Assembly: GCA_016207805.1 (NCBI GenBank)
Contig: JACQZO010000007.1
Location: forward strand, 1,964-65,963
Direction of reading: 5' to 3'
DNA from: Candidatus Abawacabacteria bacterium
GTDB taxonomy: Bacteria > Patescibacteriota > Gracilibacteria > RBG-16-42-10
DNA: 64,000 nt
Below, one piece after another: positions 46,241 through 54,361 of the stretch. Under the pieces are notes generated by a model. The model saw only the letters and a list, made by a program, of their open reading frames with translations, was not told where the DNA came from and did no database searches. The position numbers were made by a program, and so were the translations under genes. Every line of letters begins with the position of its first letter. Position 1 is the stretch's first letter.

Positions 46241-48389
46241 TAGTACCAAAGCGTTTCAAATATTCTTTGTGAGAAAGGCTGACACGATTCTTTACTGGAT
46301 CAACATCTAACACAACAACTTTGAGCATATCTCCAACCTTGCATACCTCACTAATAGTATTGATACGACGATCAGCTAGTTCAGAAATGTGTACCATACC
46401 ATCTCTTCCTGGGACTTTTTCTACTAAAACCCCCACCTCTTTTCCTGACATTCTATCTTGAATAATCTTTGTTACTTTTCCTTCAAACACATCACCGATT
46501 TCAAATTTGAAAGTAAGACGCTTAATCCATTCTACTGCCTTAGCCATATTTTCTTCATTATTAGAAGAAACCAGCACTGTACCATCATCCTCAATGTCAA
46601 TTTCAACACCAGTAGAATCAATAATTTCATTGATAATTTTGCCTCCGCTACCAATCACATCCCGAATCTGATCAGGATGAATCTTTAAAGTAATCACCCG
46701 TGGTGCAAAGCGAGACATTTCTGGTCGTACGGTAGGTAATACCTCAAGCATTTTGCCTAAGATAAAAAGTCTACCCACTTTAGCTTGAGCAATAGCATCA
46801 CGCATAATATCAATAGTAATACCTTTTACTTTGATATCCATTTGCAAAGCAGTAATACCCGTAGCGCTACCAGCTACCTTAAAATCCATATCACCACCAA
46901 AATCTTCCAGATCACGAATATCAGTAAGTACCTTGTAAGTACCATCTGGCTCGGTCATCAGTCCCATCGCGACACCAGCTATGGGAGCGGCGATAGGCAC
47001 TCCTGCATCCATAAGAGATAAGGTGCTACCACAAACTGCTGCCATTGAAGTAGAACCATTACTACCCAATATCTCAGTTACTACGCGAATAGCATAAGGG
47101 AAATCAGCAAGTGCCGGAAGCACTGGAACTAAAGCCTTTTCCGCTAAATAACCATGACCAATTTCTCGTCTACCAGGCCCACGTGAAGGTCTCACATCGC
47201 CAACAGAATAAGAAGGGAAATTATAATGATGCATGTAATGCTTCGTATAGTCCATATCCATATCATCTATCATTTGTCCGTTTCCTTTGGAGCCAATAGT
47301 AGCAATGGTCAATCCCTGAGTTTCACCTCGGTTGAACAACGCTGATCCATGAGTGCGAGGCAAAAGAGAAACTCGAGCTGAAATAGGCCGAATATCAGTT
47401 AATCCTCTACCATCAGGGCGCTTGTTGTTTACCAGAATATTTTTGCGCAAATGTTTTTTGAGCACTCCTTCCACCACCTCGCTAATAAACTTGGCACTAA
47501 ATGTATCGTCAAGCGCTAAAACTTGATCCGTTATTTTTTTCTTGAGTACACGTGCAGCTGCATCAATTTCTTTGCTTAATGGATGAGCAAAAATAGCATT
47601 AGCATCTTCATCAGATACCATTTCTTTGACAACATCATAGAGTTTTTTCTGGCACTTTTCACCCAACTGTTCTTCAGGGATTCTCAGGGTGTAAGTGATT
47701 GGTGTAACATTGCACTGGGCAAGCAATTCATTTTGTAAGGCAACAGTTTTTTTGAGTTCACTATGAGCGAAATCTAATGCCTTTACCATGGTTTCTTCAT
47801 CGACCTGTTTAGCACCAGCTTCCACCATCATAATGGCGTCAGCGGTACCGGCTACTACCAAATCCAAGCTACTTGCTTCAATCTGTTCATAAGTAGGATT
47901 AGTAATAAAATTGCCATCGATAAGACCGATTCGCACACCGCCAACTGGACCACTGAATGGTAAACCAGCCAATGACATAGCACATGAAGCACCAATCAAA
48001 GCAATAATAGCGGGATCATTTTCGCCATCAGCAGAAAGTACGGTACAAATTACTTGAGTGTCATTAACAAATCCCTTAGGGAAAAGTGGCCTTATCGGTC
48101 TATCAATAAGACGAGCAGCCAAAACTGCTGCATCCGATGGTCTACCCTCACGCTTCATGAATCTACTACCTTTGATTTTCCCCGCAGCATAAAAACGTTC
48201 TTCGTAATCAACTAGCAAAGGAAAGAAATCAATATCCGGCTTCGCTTCTGGCATTACAGTAGCTGCAGCAAGGATTACTACATCGCCATAGCGAACAAGC
48301 ACCGAACCATTAGCTAGTTTTGCCATTTCCCCTGTTTCCAGTTGAAGAGTGCGACCAGCAAATTCAGTAGATACGATACGTGAAGACAT
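46233..48389 (-). CDS. pnp: polyribonucleotide nucleotidyltransferase (PNPase)
   Basis: Two RNase PH domains, KH (IRDVIGSGGKIINEI) and S1 (GDVFEGKVTKI). Classical rpsO-pnp synteny. Confidence 0.95.
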   Translation of the reverse strand: MSSRIVSTEFAGRTLQLETGEMAKLANGSVLVRYGDVVILAAATVMPEAKPDIDFFPLLVDYEERFYAAGKIKGSRFMKREGRPSDAAVLAARLIDRPIRPLFPKGFVNDTQVICTVLSADGENDPAIIALIGASCAMSLAGLPFSGPVGGVRIGLIDGNFITNPTYEQIEASSLDLVVAGTADAIMMVEAGAKQVDEETMVKALDFAHSELKKTVALQNELLAQCNVTPITYTLRIPEEQLGEKCQKKLYDVVKEMVSDEDANAIFAHPLSKEIDAAARVLKKKITDQVLALDDTFSAKFISEVVEGVLKKHLRKNILVNNKRPDGRGLTDIRPISARVSLLPRTHGSALFNRGETQGLTIATIGSKGNGQMIDDMDMDYTKHYMHHYNFPSYSVGDVRPSRGPGRREIGHGYLAEKALVPVLPALADFPYAIRVVTEILGSNGSTSMAAVCGSTLSLMDAGVPIAAPIAGVAMGLMTEPDGTYKVLTDIRDLEDFGGDMDFKVAGSATGITALQMDIKVKGITIDIMRDAIAQAKVGRLFILGKMLEVLPTVRPEMSRFAPRVITLKIHPDQIRDVIGSGGKIINEIIDSTGVEIDIEDDGTVLVSSNNEENMAKAVEWIKRLTFKFEIGDVFEGKVTKIIQDRMSGKEVGVLVEKVPGRDGMVHISELADRRINTISEVCKVGDMLKVVVLDVDPVKNRVSLSHKEYLKRFGTNG

Positions 48390-48398
48390 GTGAAATAA

Positions 48399-48662
48399 TT
48401 ATTTACGAAGCCCAACTTCTTGAGTGAAAGCCTCATAGCCAGTGGGATCGATAGTTTTAAAATAAGCCATGAGTTTGCGACGCTTACCTACCAACATTAG
48501 CAGGCCACGGCGTGAGTGATTGTCTTTTTTGTGCTTTTCCAAATGCTTCGTCAAGTCATCGATACGTTGGCTAACCAAGGCAATTTGCACCTTGATTGAT
48601 CCCGTATCTTTGGCATGCGCAGCAAACTTAGAAATCACTGTTTTCTTTTTTGCTCGGTCCAT
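48399..48662 (-). CDS. rpsO: 30S ribosomal protein S15
   Basis: DTGS..VQIALVSQRI..LT.HL..HKKD.HSRRGLL.LVGKRRKL..Y. Confidence 0.95.
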   Translation of the reverse strand: MDRAKKKTVISKFAAHAKDTGSIKVQIALVSQRIDDLTKHLEKHKKDNHSRRGLLMLVGKRRKLMAYFKTIDPTGYEAFTQEVGLRK

Positions 48663-48724
48663 AGATAAATAAATGAAAATTAAGAGCAGGCAGAGGGTAA
48701 CATAGGAGAGATAGAAGGTAAAGA

Positions 48725-48759
48725 AAATTACGGATTACGAATTACAAATTACGAATTGA
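48725..48759. repeat. heptanucleotide array (AAATTAC GGATTAC GAATTAC AAATTAC GAATTGA)
   Basis: Direct reading. It lies in the spacer between the end of the three-gene operon (48831) and the rpsO start (48662). Confidence 0.9.
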
Positions 48760-48830
48760 AAAACACAGGGAAAAAAAGTCAGGTTGAAAATGTCCTGGTT
48801 TTCAATCTAGAATCTAGGAATCCAAATTTC

Positions 48831-51008
48831 TTATCTAGCTCTTCGCACTCTTGGCACAATATGGAAATGTTGTGGTGGCCCATGATAACGAACAAAGAGC
48901 ATGCCTTGGCGAGCAAGTCGCACACTGGCCTGAATCAGGGCTTGAAAATAGCTTTCTGAATCAATACTGCTAATCGCACGTTGATAGCTACCATTTCGCA
49001 TACGACGCATCACTACATATTGTCTTCTGCTCATATCGATAGCAGCTCCAGTCAAATGTGCACTGCGCGGGCTATGACCACGCAATCGATTATTGGCAGC
49101 TCTACTTCTTACTGTACTATTGATCATTGGTATGACGAAAAGCTCTGGGTTCATGCCACCAGTTCTCAAGATAGCATTAAGTTCTTCAGTCAGTTTTTCG
49201 ACAACCGGCACATGATCAGCACGAATCACCCGACGCCATTGCTCAGTGATATTGGCTGGATCGAAAGCAAGTAAAGGACGTCGATGTGGATCAGCGGCTA
49301 CAAAAGTATGATCATGCACCATTCCCTGTACCGTAGACTCTAATACTGCATCATTAGCCACACCACCAGCTAATCTTCTCGCCAGAGCATCATTCCTCAT
49401 GAGCCAGGCATGGACCCGAATATTTCCCTGACTGACATTCCTAGTAGCAAAATTCCAAGCATCACGATTAAAAGGAACTCTAGCGCCCAAGGCCGGCGCA
49501 TTTTCTACTCTCACAAATCGCTGAGTTTTTATATCTTCTAATCGAGCATGTGCCCAACGATTAAATGCCTCACCTAGCATTTCACCATTGTGTGAAGTTT
49601 CGGTAGGAGACACAGAAGGACTAGCTCCAACATCACTTGGTTCCGTATCATTATCACCTTCAAATAAAGCATCCCAAGTATATATCAGTAGAGGGTATGG
49701 GACTGATGCTCGACCAAAAAAGCCATCAGTACGATTGAGAAAGTATTGTGTACTGGCTCTGATATAGCCCTGATTCAAAATAGCTTCTCGATCTTCGCCC
49801 CTAAGCAAATCTTGCATATCACTATCAGCAAGTCGGCGATCGAGCATATTGGAAATTCGTGTCGGTCCACTATGATAAGCTCCAATGAGAGCAGGAACAA
49901 GAAATGCTTCGGGATAGCGCCACACTGGGTGATTCGGTTCAGCCCATTTGCTTCTAAAATGGCGGAAAATATTATCAAACTCTAATGCTGCTACGCGAGC
50001 TGATTGCCAAGGTGTTTGAGCAACCGAAGCAAAACTGACTCGCATAGGTCGACCGTTGCTACCACGAAACGCTCGGTTCCAAGCAGAATTGCGACGAGCA
50101 TCGGCATAGGAAGACCTTTGTGTTTGCATTATACCCACAGCACCTGTTCTACTGATAGTAATATTGGCTCCGAAAGATGTTTCTTGAGCGGGAATACCAT
50201 TAGTTACTAAACGGGCAAACTGGCTAGCAAGATCTGGTGATCTAGCTTCCAAAAATCTATATAATTCTGTTTCGTGAAACGCAATCATAAAGTTTCGGCG
50301 CAGATGTTCTCTCATCGAAAGGCGAGATCCTGGTCTAATTGGTCTTTCTGCATAATTAGAAACAGCAGCGAAAGTACTATCAGTGTCTATAGGGAAACCA
50401 AATGGCAATTCTCGCGCAGTATCAATAGTTGTACAAGTATGGTGATTGAGACGCTCTCTAGCCGAGTCCCACCAATCTTGATTTCGCTGTCTTCCCGCTC
50501 TAGCTATCACTCCTGGCAAAATAGCTGTTCCACAAAGCTGCCACCCTGTCGGTAAAGGATTGATAAAAGTGACGATAGCATTGTCACTCCTCGGCCTGGC
50601 GCGTAAGGCAGTAGCTAAAGATCTAACCGATTGTCCCATGCCTTCAGTAGGAGAAAAGTCCCCCAAATCAACACCTTCATCTGTGTCAGTTATCACTGGT
50701 CCTGATTCATGAACATCTTCATCTTCACTACCTGCATCGTCTTCAACACCAGCATCACTTTCACAACCACCATCTTCATTGCAGTCATGCTCTTCTTCAT
50801 TGCTATTGGTAGCAGCATCACCGGCACTTGCTACTGGAGGAGCAGGATTATGATGATTGTTATTGTCTGAAGATCTAGAACTACAGGCTAAAAATGGTAG
50901 TAAGCCAGCAAATAGCAAAGCTAAGCGAGTTCGCTTCGTTGGCGAAATAAACTTTCTAACTTCAACTGATCTAGTAGATTCTGTATGTCTTGGTAGGCGA
51001 TGTGACAT
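48831..51008 (-). CDS. lipoprotein with lytic-transglycosylase (SLT)-like and M15-like zinc peptidase motifs (putative bifunctional peptidoglycan hydrolase)
   Basis: Lipobox LPFLAC (Cys42) and an acidic linker. SLT triad: AQETSF (E276), GIMQ (50124-50135), AYHSG (aa 377-381). C-terminal ...NNRLRGHSPRSAHLTGAAIDMS... (49035-49064) plus HFH resembles the SxHxxGxAxD...H of M15/YcbK-type peptidases. Confidence 0.6.
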   Translation of the reverse strand: MSHRLPRHTESTRSVEVRKFISPTKRTRLALLFAGLLPFLACSSRSSDNNNHHNPAPPVASAGDAATNSNEEEHDCNEDGGCESDAGVEDDAGSEDEDVHESGPVITDTDEGVDLGDFSPTEGMGQSVRSLATALRARPRSDNAIVTFINPLPTGWQLCGTAILPGVIARAGRQRNQDWWDSARERLNHHTCTTIDTARELPFGFPIDTDSTFAAVSNYAERPIRPGSRLSMREHLRRNFMIAFHETELYRFLEARSPDLASQFARLVTNGIPAQETSFGANITISRTGAVGIMQTQRSSYADARRNSAWNRAFRGSNGRPMRVSFASVAQTPWQSARVAALEFDNIFRHFRSKWAEPNHPVWRYPEAFLVPALIGAYHSGPTRISNMLDRRLADSDMQDLLRGEDREAILNQGYIRASTQYFLNRTDGFFGRASVPYPLLIYTWDALFEGDNDTEPSDVGASPSVSPTETSHNGEMLGEAFNRWAHARLEDIKTQRFVRVENAPALGARVPFNRDAWNFATRNVSQGNIRVHAWLMRNDALARRLAGGVANDAVLESTVQGMVHDHTFVAADPHRRPLLAFDPANITEQWRRVIRADHVPVVEKLTEELNAILRTGGMNPELFVIPMINSTVRSRAANNRLRGHSPRSAHLTGAAIDMSRRQYVVMRRMRNGSYQRAISSIDSESYFQALIQASVRLARQGMLFVRYHGPPQHFHIVPRVRRAR

Positions 51009-51010
51009 AA

Positions 51011-54000
51011 TTAGCCAAGGTTCATTTTTCTTATATAAGCTTCCATCTGTTGATCAAAGTTTTCCATCGTAGCCCTGAATAATTCATTAAAAGATGGCGC
51101 TACCGTAGTATTATCATCACCAAATATATCTGCTAGCACACGAAACTGTGATTGATTTCCTAACATAATCGCAGATACCATATGATCCTCCATACCCCAA
51201 GGACTTCTGGCGTCAGTAAGCATTCTTCTTATTCGAGGACCATTGCCACTACTATCACCACCATCACCCATAAAGTAAAAGGCAGAAGCATATTCTGGAT
51301 ATTGTTCTTTTTGGGCATTGAGATCCTCTGCCACCTGACCAATTGCTGGGAGCATTTCAGTTCCTCCGTTAGTGTAAACATGTTGCATGAGACGAGCTTT
51401 GATAGTTGACTGAGCCCCATTACCGAAATCATAGCGTTCTCGTGAATCATAGTCCTGCTCAAACCCTTTAATTCTTCTCATATAGTCAGCAAACACATCA
51501 ATAGAAAAGCGCACATAACCATATTCTTTCTTAATACGTGATAAAAGTTCACAGAGAGCAATTAGCACCTTTAACACTGCCTTGAGTTTACTAGGTTCTA
51601 TTATACGATATTGTTCATCATGAACCGGTCCATCCATAGAATCACTCACATCCACTAAAAATGCAGCTAAGAACATTGGCTCAGTAGAGCTAGTCCATTC
51701 ACGGGGGCGAAATACCTTACCAGTTTGTATCGCAATTGGACGGCCCATGGCTTTTTTATCCAATTTTCCTCTACGAGCCCCAGCATAATCTGCAATTCGA
51801 GCATCAACTCTTTTTGGCAGGCGCTCCACAAAGTACTCATACCATTGATCCACCACGTCAGCGACCTCTTCTTTGATTAATTCATATTGGTCATGAAGTA
51901 CCGCATCACGTTCAATTTCCAGTGCCAATCGATCTAACGCTTGAGGATTGTCCTTTTTTAGTTCCGCTTCCATTCTCTTTTTCTCTGCTTCATCAATAAA
52001 TCCATCCTCTTCGAGCTTGTCTAACTTTTCTTGCAATTCTTGTTTCTTTTGCTCTTCGACAGCGTCAATAATTTCTTCAATTTCCTTTTTCATATCATCA
52101 AGTAGCTCTTCCTTGTCAAGATTTTCACGTAACTTTTCCAAATCCTTAAAAGACTTATCAGTCCCATCTTCAGAAACTTTTTGCTTCATCTTTTGTTTGG
52201 CTTCCTCCATTTGATCCAATTTCTTTTTAGCATTATCAAGCTCTTTCTGGGCATCATCGACATCTCTATCATCAACCTTTTGAGCTTCTTCCCTGGCTCT
52301 TTGCTCGGCTCTGTCTTTAAGTTGCTCGACAATATCTTCCATACTTTCTGGCTTTTCACCAGGTTGATCACTTTTCTCTCCCTCACCATCTCCTGAGTCC
52401 TGACCTGGTTCCCCAGGTGTCTGATCGCCACTTTCATCCCCAGGATCTCCTGATTCATCACCCGAATCAGCACTGCCACTTTTATCACCTTCCATACCCC
52501 CATCATCAGCTTTTTCACCGCCGTCATTTTTCTCTTTCTGCTTGCCTTGCTGTTTATCTTTTTTGTCCTTTTTCTTCTTCTCAGCAGGATCAGGTGGAGG
52601 TGTGGGATCTATACGTACCCAACGATTACCATTCCAGATTACGACCCAGGCGTGACCAGTAGTATTATCGATACTGGCCTTACCTTTTTTAGAAGAATCT
52701 ATATGGTCTCCTACTACTAAACGAGCAGGCACACCAAGATTGCGTAATAAAGCAATGGCTAAATGGGCAGTAGAATAACATTCCAGATGTTTCGCTGCAT
52801 CCAGGTTCTGAACATAATTACTAGCATTTGAAGTAGAGCGAATCTGATGCTGCACTCTTTGGGCCGCTTGGAGATCACCACCACCTGGATACACATGATT
52901 GCTGCGTAAATACTTCTGTACTTTTAAAGCAATAGCTTCAGCACCAGCTCCACTACCACGCACTGAAGCAAGTAAAGCTTCAGTAGCAGCGGAAAGGGCT
53001 CCGGTATAGAGAGACTCTGTATCTTGAGCTATTGGTGGGCTTTCAAAGGGATTATCTTCTTTAACAAACTCTACTGATATTTCAACTGGAGATGATGACT
53101 GGGCATAAAAACAGCCATTCTGATCACGCAGCAGATCCACTTTCACACCACCGCTTACTGTCAGCTTGCTAGCATCCAATTCATAACCATCAGGAATAGG
53201 AATAGCGGTAATGCCAGTGGTCACATAACCGGTGATAGCAAAGCGATGATCTCCAGGCACACTTCTCGTGTAAGGACCTAATACTTTTTTCTTACTCCAG
53301 GTCAAAGTATTCTTATCAAAATAACTTTTGTGGCCTCGGCAATAATAGCCCAATAAAGGCTTTTGACTAGTACCACGAGCTTCAATGACAAAAAATGGCC
53401 TGCTTTTCATCGTATCATTACCTTCATCGGGGCCTCCACCTGAAGGTGATGGTGGTGGAGTATGATATTCATCAGCATCCTCAGGAGGAATAGCAGGGTC
53501 TCCTTCACCGCCCGGAGGTGGCATTGGCACACCGCCAGGTTGATCAGGATTAATGACCTGAGTTTTTTCGGGATCATCAATAGGATTGGGCTCATCAGGC
53601 TTATCTTTCACTATCTCAACAATACAATCACGCAGCCTTTCAAATGCTTTTCTATCTCGTGTTTGAGAGAACTTCTCGTAATGCGGGAAGAGGTAATCAA
53701 AAAGATCTTTTTCTCCCGTATCAAGCAAGCTCTGTAAACGTACATACTCAGGATCAGAAACAACTCCTTGGGTATTTAGCCATTTCAATTGTAAAAGATC
53801 CAAAACTTTACCAAAGCCGCTATTTGTCTTTAACCCAGCCACCAACTTTTGTCCTTGTAATGACATCGCTTGCTGGAGCTGATCACGCCCAGTAGCACCT
53901 AGATTCTCCATGCCTTCATGCACCACAGCACAAAACGTCAAATCATCGTACACAGTGTTCAAAGTGGGAACATCTACTTCTTTATCAAAGAATGCGGCAT

Positions 54001-54349
54001 AAAAGTGCGCTCGGCGACTATAATCATCATTGGTAGCTCGCGTAGAAGACATGCGAACTCTGGCAATGATAGGATCAACACCATAGGCTTTTACATCATC
54101 TGCTTTATAGATTAGCGCCTTGGGACGCAAAGCATCTTGCACACTTTTATCACTTGGTTCAGTTTTACCCTCCAAGAGCTTTTGTGCTACTGCTGCTGCC
54201 GGTGTGGTGCCATACCAATGTCCCCAATCTTTTCCTGGCAATACCCGAATTTCTGATGCATGACTAATAGCTTCTGCTTCATGAATGCGTTCACGCAAAT
54301 GGGCATCTACTTTAGGTCTATGACTAGGAGCAGCTGATGGTTTTTTCAT
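51011..54349 (-). CDS. large cytoplasmic protein: transglutaminase-like core + acidic/Lys-rich coiled-coil linker + C-terminal vWA (MIDAS) domain
   Basis: TGase Cys-His-Asp: ECYSTAHLAIALLRNLGVPARLV (Cys524, 52778-52780), GHAWVV (His566), RIDPT (Asp581). Linker is aa ~586-800. vWA: FLVDVSDSMDG (51638-51652), NGGTEM, MGDGGD. No signal peptide. Confidence 0.7.
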   Translation of the reverse strand: MKKPSAAPSHRPKVDAHLRERIHEAEAISHASEIRVLPGKDWGHWYGTTPAAAVAQKLLEGKTEPSDKSVQDALRPKALIYKADDVKAYGVDPIIARVRMSSTRATNDDYSRRAHFYAAFFDKEVDVPTLNTVYDDLTFCAVVHEGMENLGATGRDQLQQAMSLQGQKLVAGLKTNSGFGKVLDLLQLKWLNTQGVVSDPEYVRLQSLLDTGEKDLFDYLFPHYEKFSQTRDRKAFERLRDCIVEIVKDKPDEPNPIDDPEKTQVINPDQPGGVPMPPPGGEGDPAIPPEDADEYHTPPPSPSGGGPDEGNDTMKSRPFFVIEARGTSQKPLLGYYCRGHKSYFDKNTLTWSKKKVLGPYTRSVPGDHRFAITGYVTTGITAIPIPDGYELDASKLTVSGGVKVDLLRDQNGCFYAQSSSPVEISVEFVKEDNPFESPPIAQDTESLYTGALSAATEALLASVRGSGAGAEAIALKVQKYLRSNHVYPGGGDLQAAQRVQHQIRSTSNASNYVQNLDAAKHLECYSTAHLAIALLRNLGVPARLVVGDHIDSSKKGKASIDNTTGHAWVVIWNGNRWVRIDPTPPPDPAEKKKKDKKDKQQGKQKEKNDGGEKADDGGMEGDKSGSADSGDESGDPGDESGDQTPGEPGQDSGDGEGEKSDQPGEKPESMEDIVEQLKDRAEQRAREEAQKVDDRDVDDAQKELDNAKKKLDQMEEAKQKMKQKVSEDGTDKSFKDLEKLRENLDKEELLDDMKKEIEEIIDAVEEQKKQELQEKLDKLEEDGFIDEAEKKRMEAELKKDNPQALDRLALEIERDAVLHDQYELIKEEVADVVDQWYEYFVERLPKRVDARIADYAGARRGKLDKKAMGRPIAIQTGKVFRPREWTSSTEPMFLAAFLVDVSDSMDGPVHDEQYRIIEPSKLKAVLKVLIALCELLSRIKKEYGYVRFSIDVFADYMRRIKGFEQDYDSRERYDFGNGAQSTIKARLMQHVYTNGGTEMLPAIGQVAEDLNAQKEQYPEYASAFYFMGDGGDSSGNGPRIRRMLTDARSPWGMEDHMVSAIMLGNQSQFRVLADIFGDDNTTVAPSFNELFRATMENFDQQMEAYIRKMNLG

Positions 54350-54361
54350 TGGCTAGTCTTA

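Noticed and set aside
51948-52662. Cluster of short ORFs on both strands (51948-52214 +, 52181-52396 +, 52186-52527 -, 52417-52662 +)
   Set aside because: These are shadow frames of the Glu/Lys/Asp low-complexity linker of the 1112-aa protein. Repetitive GAA/AAG/GAT codons keep the alternative frames open.
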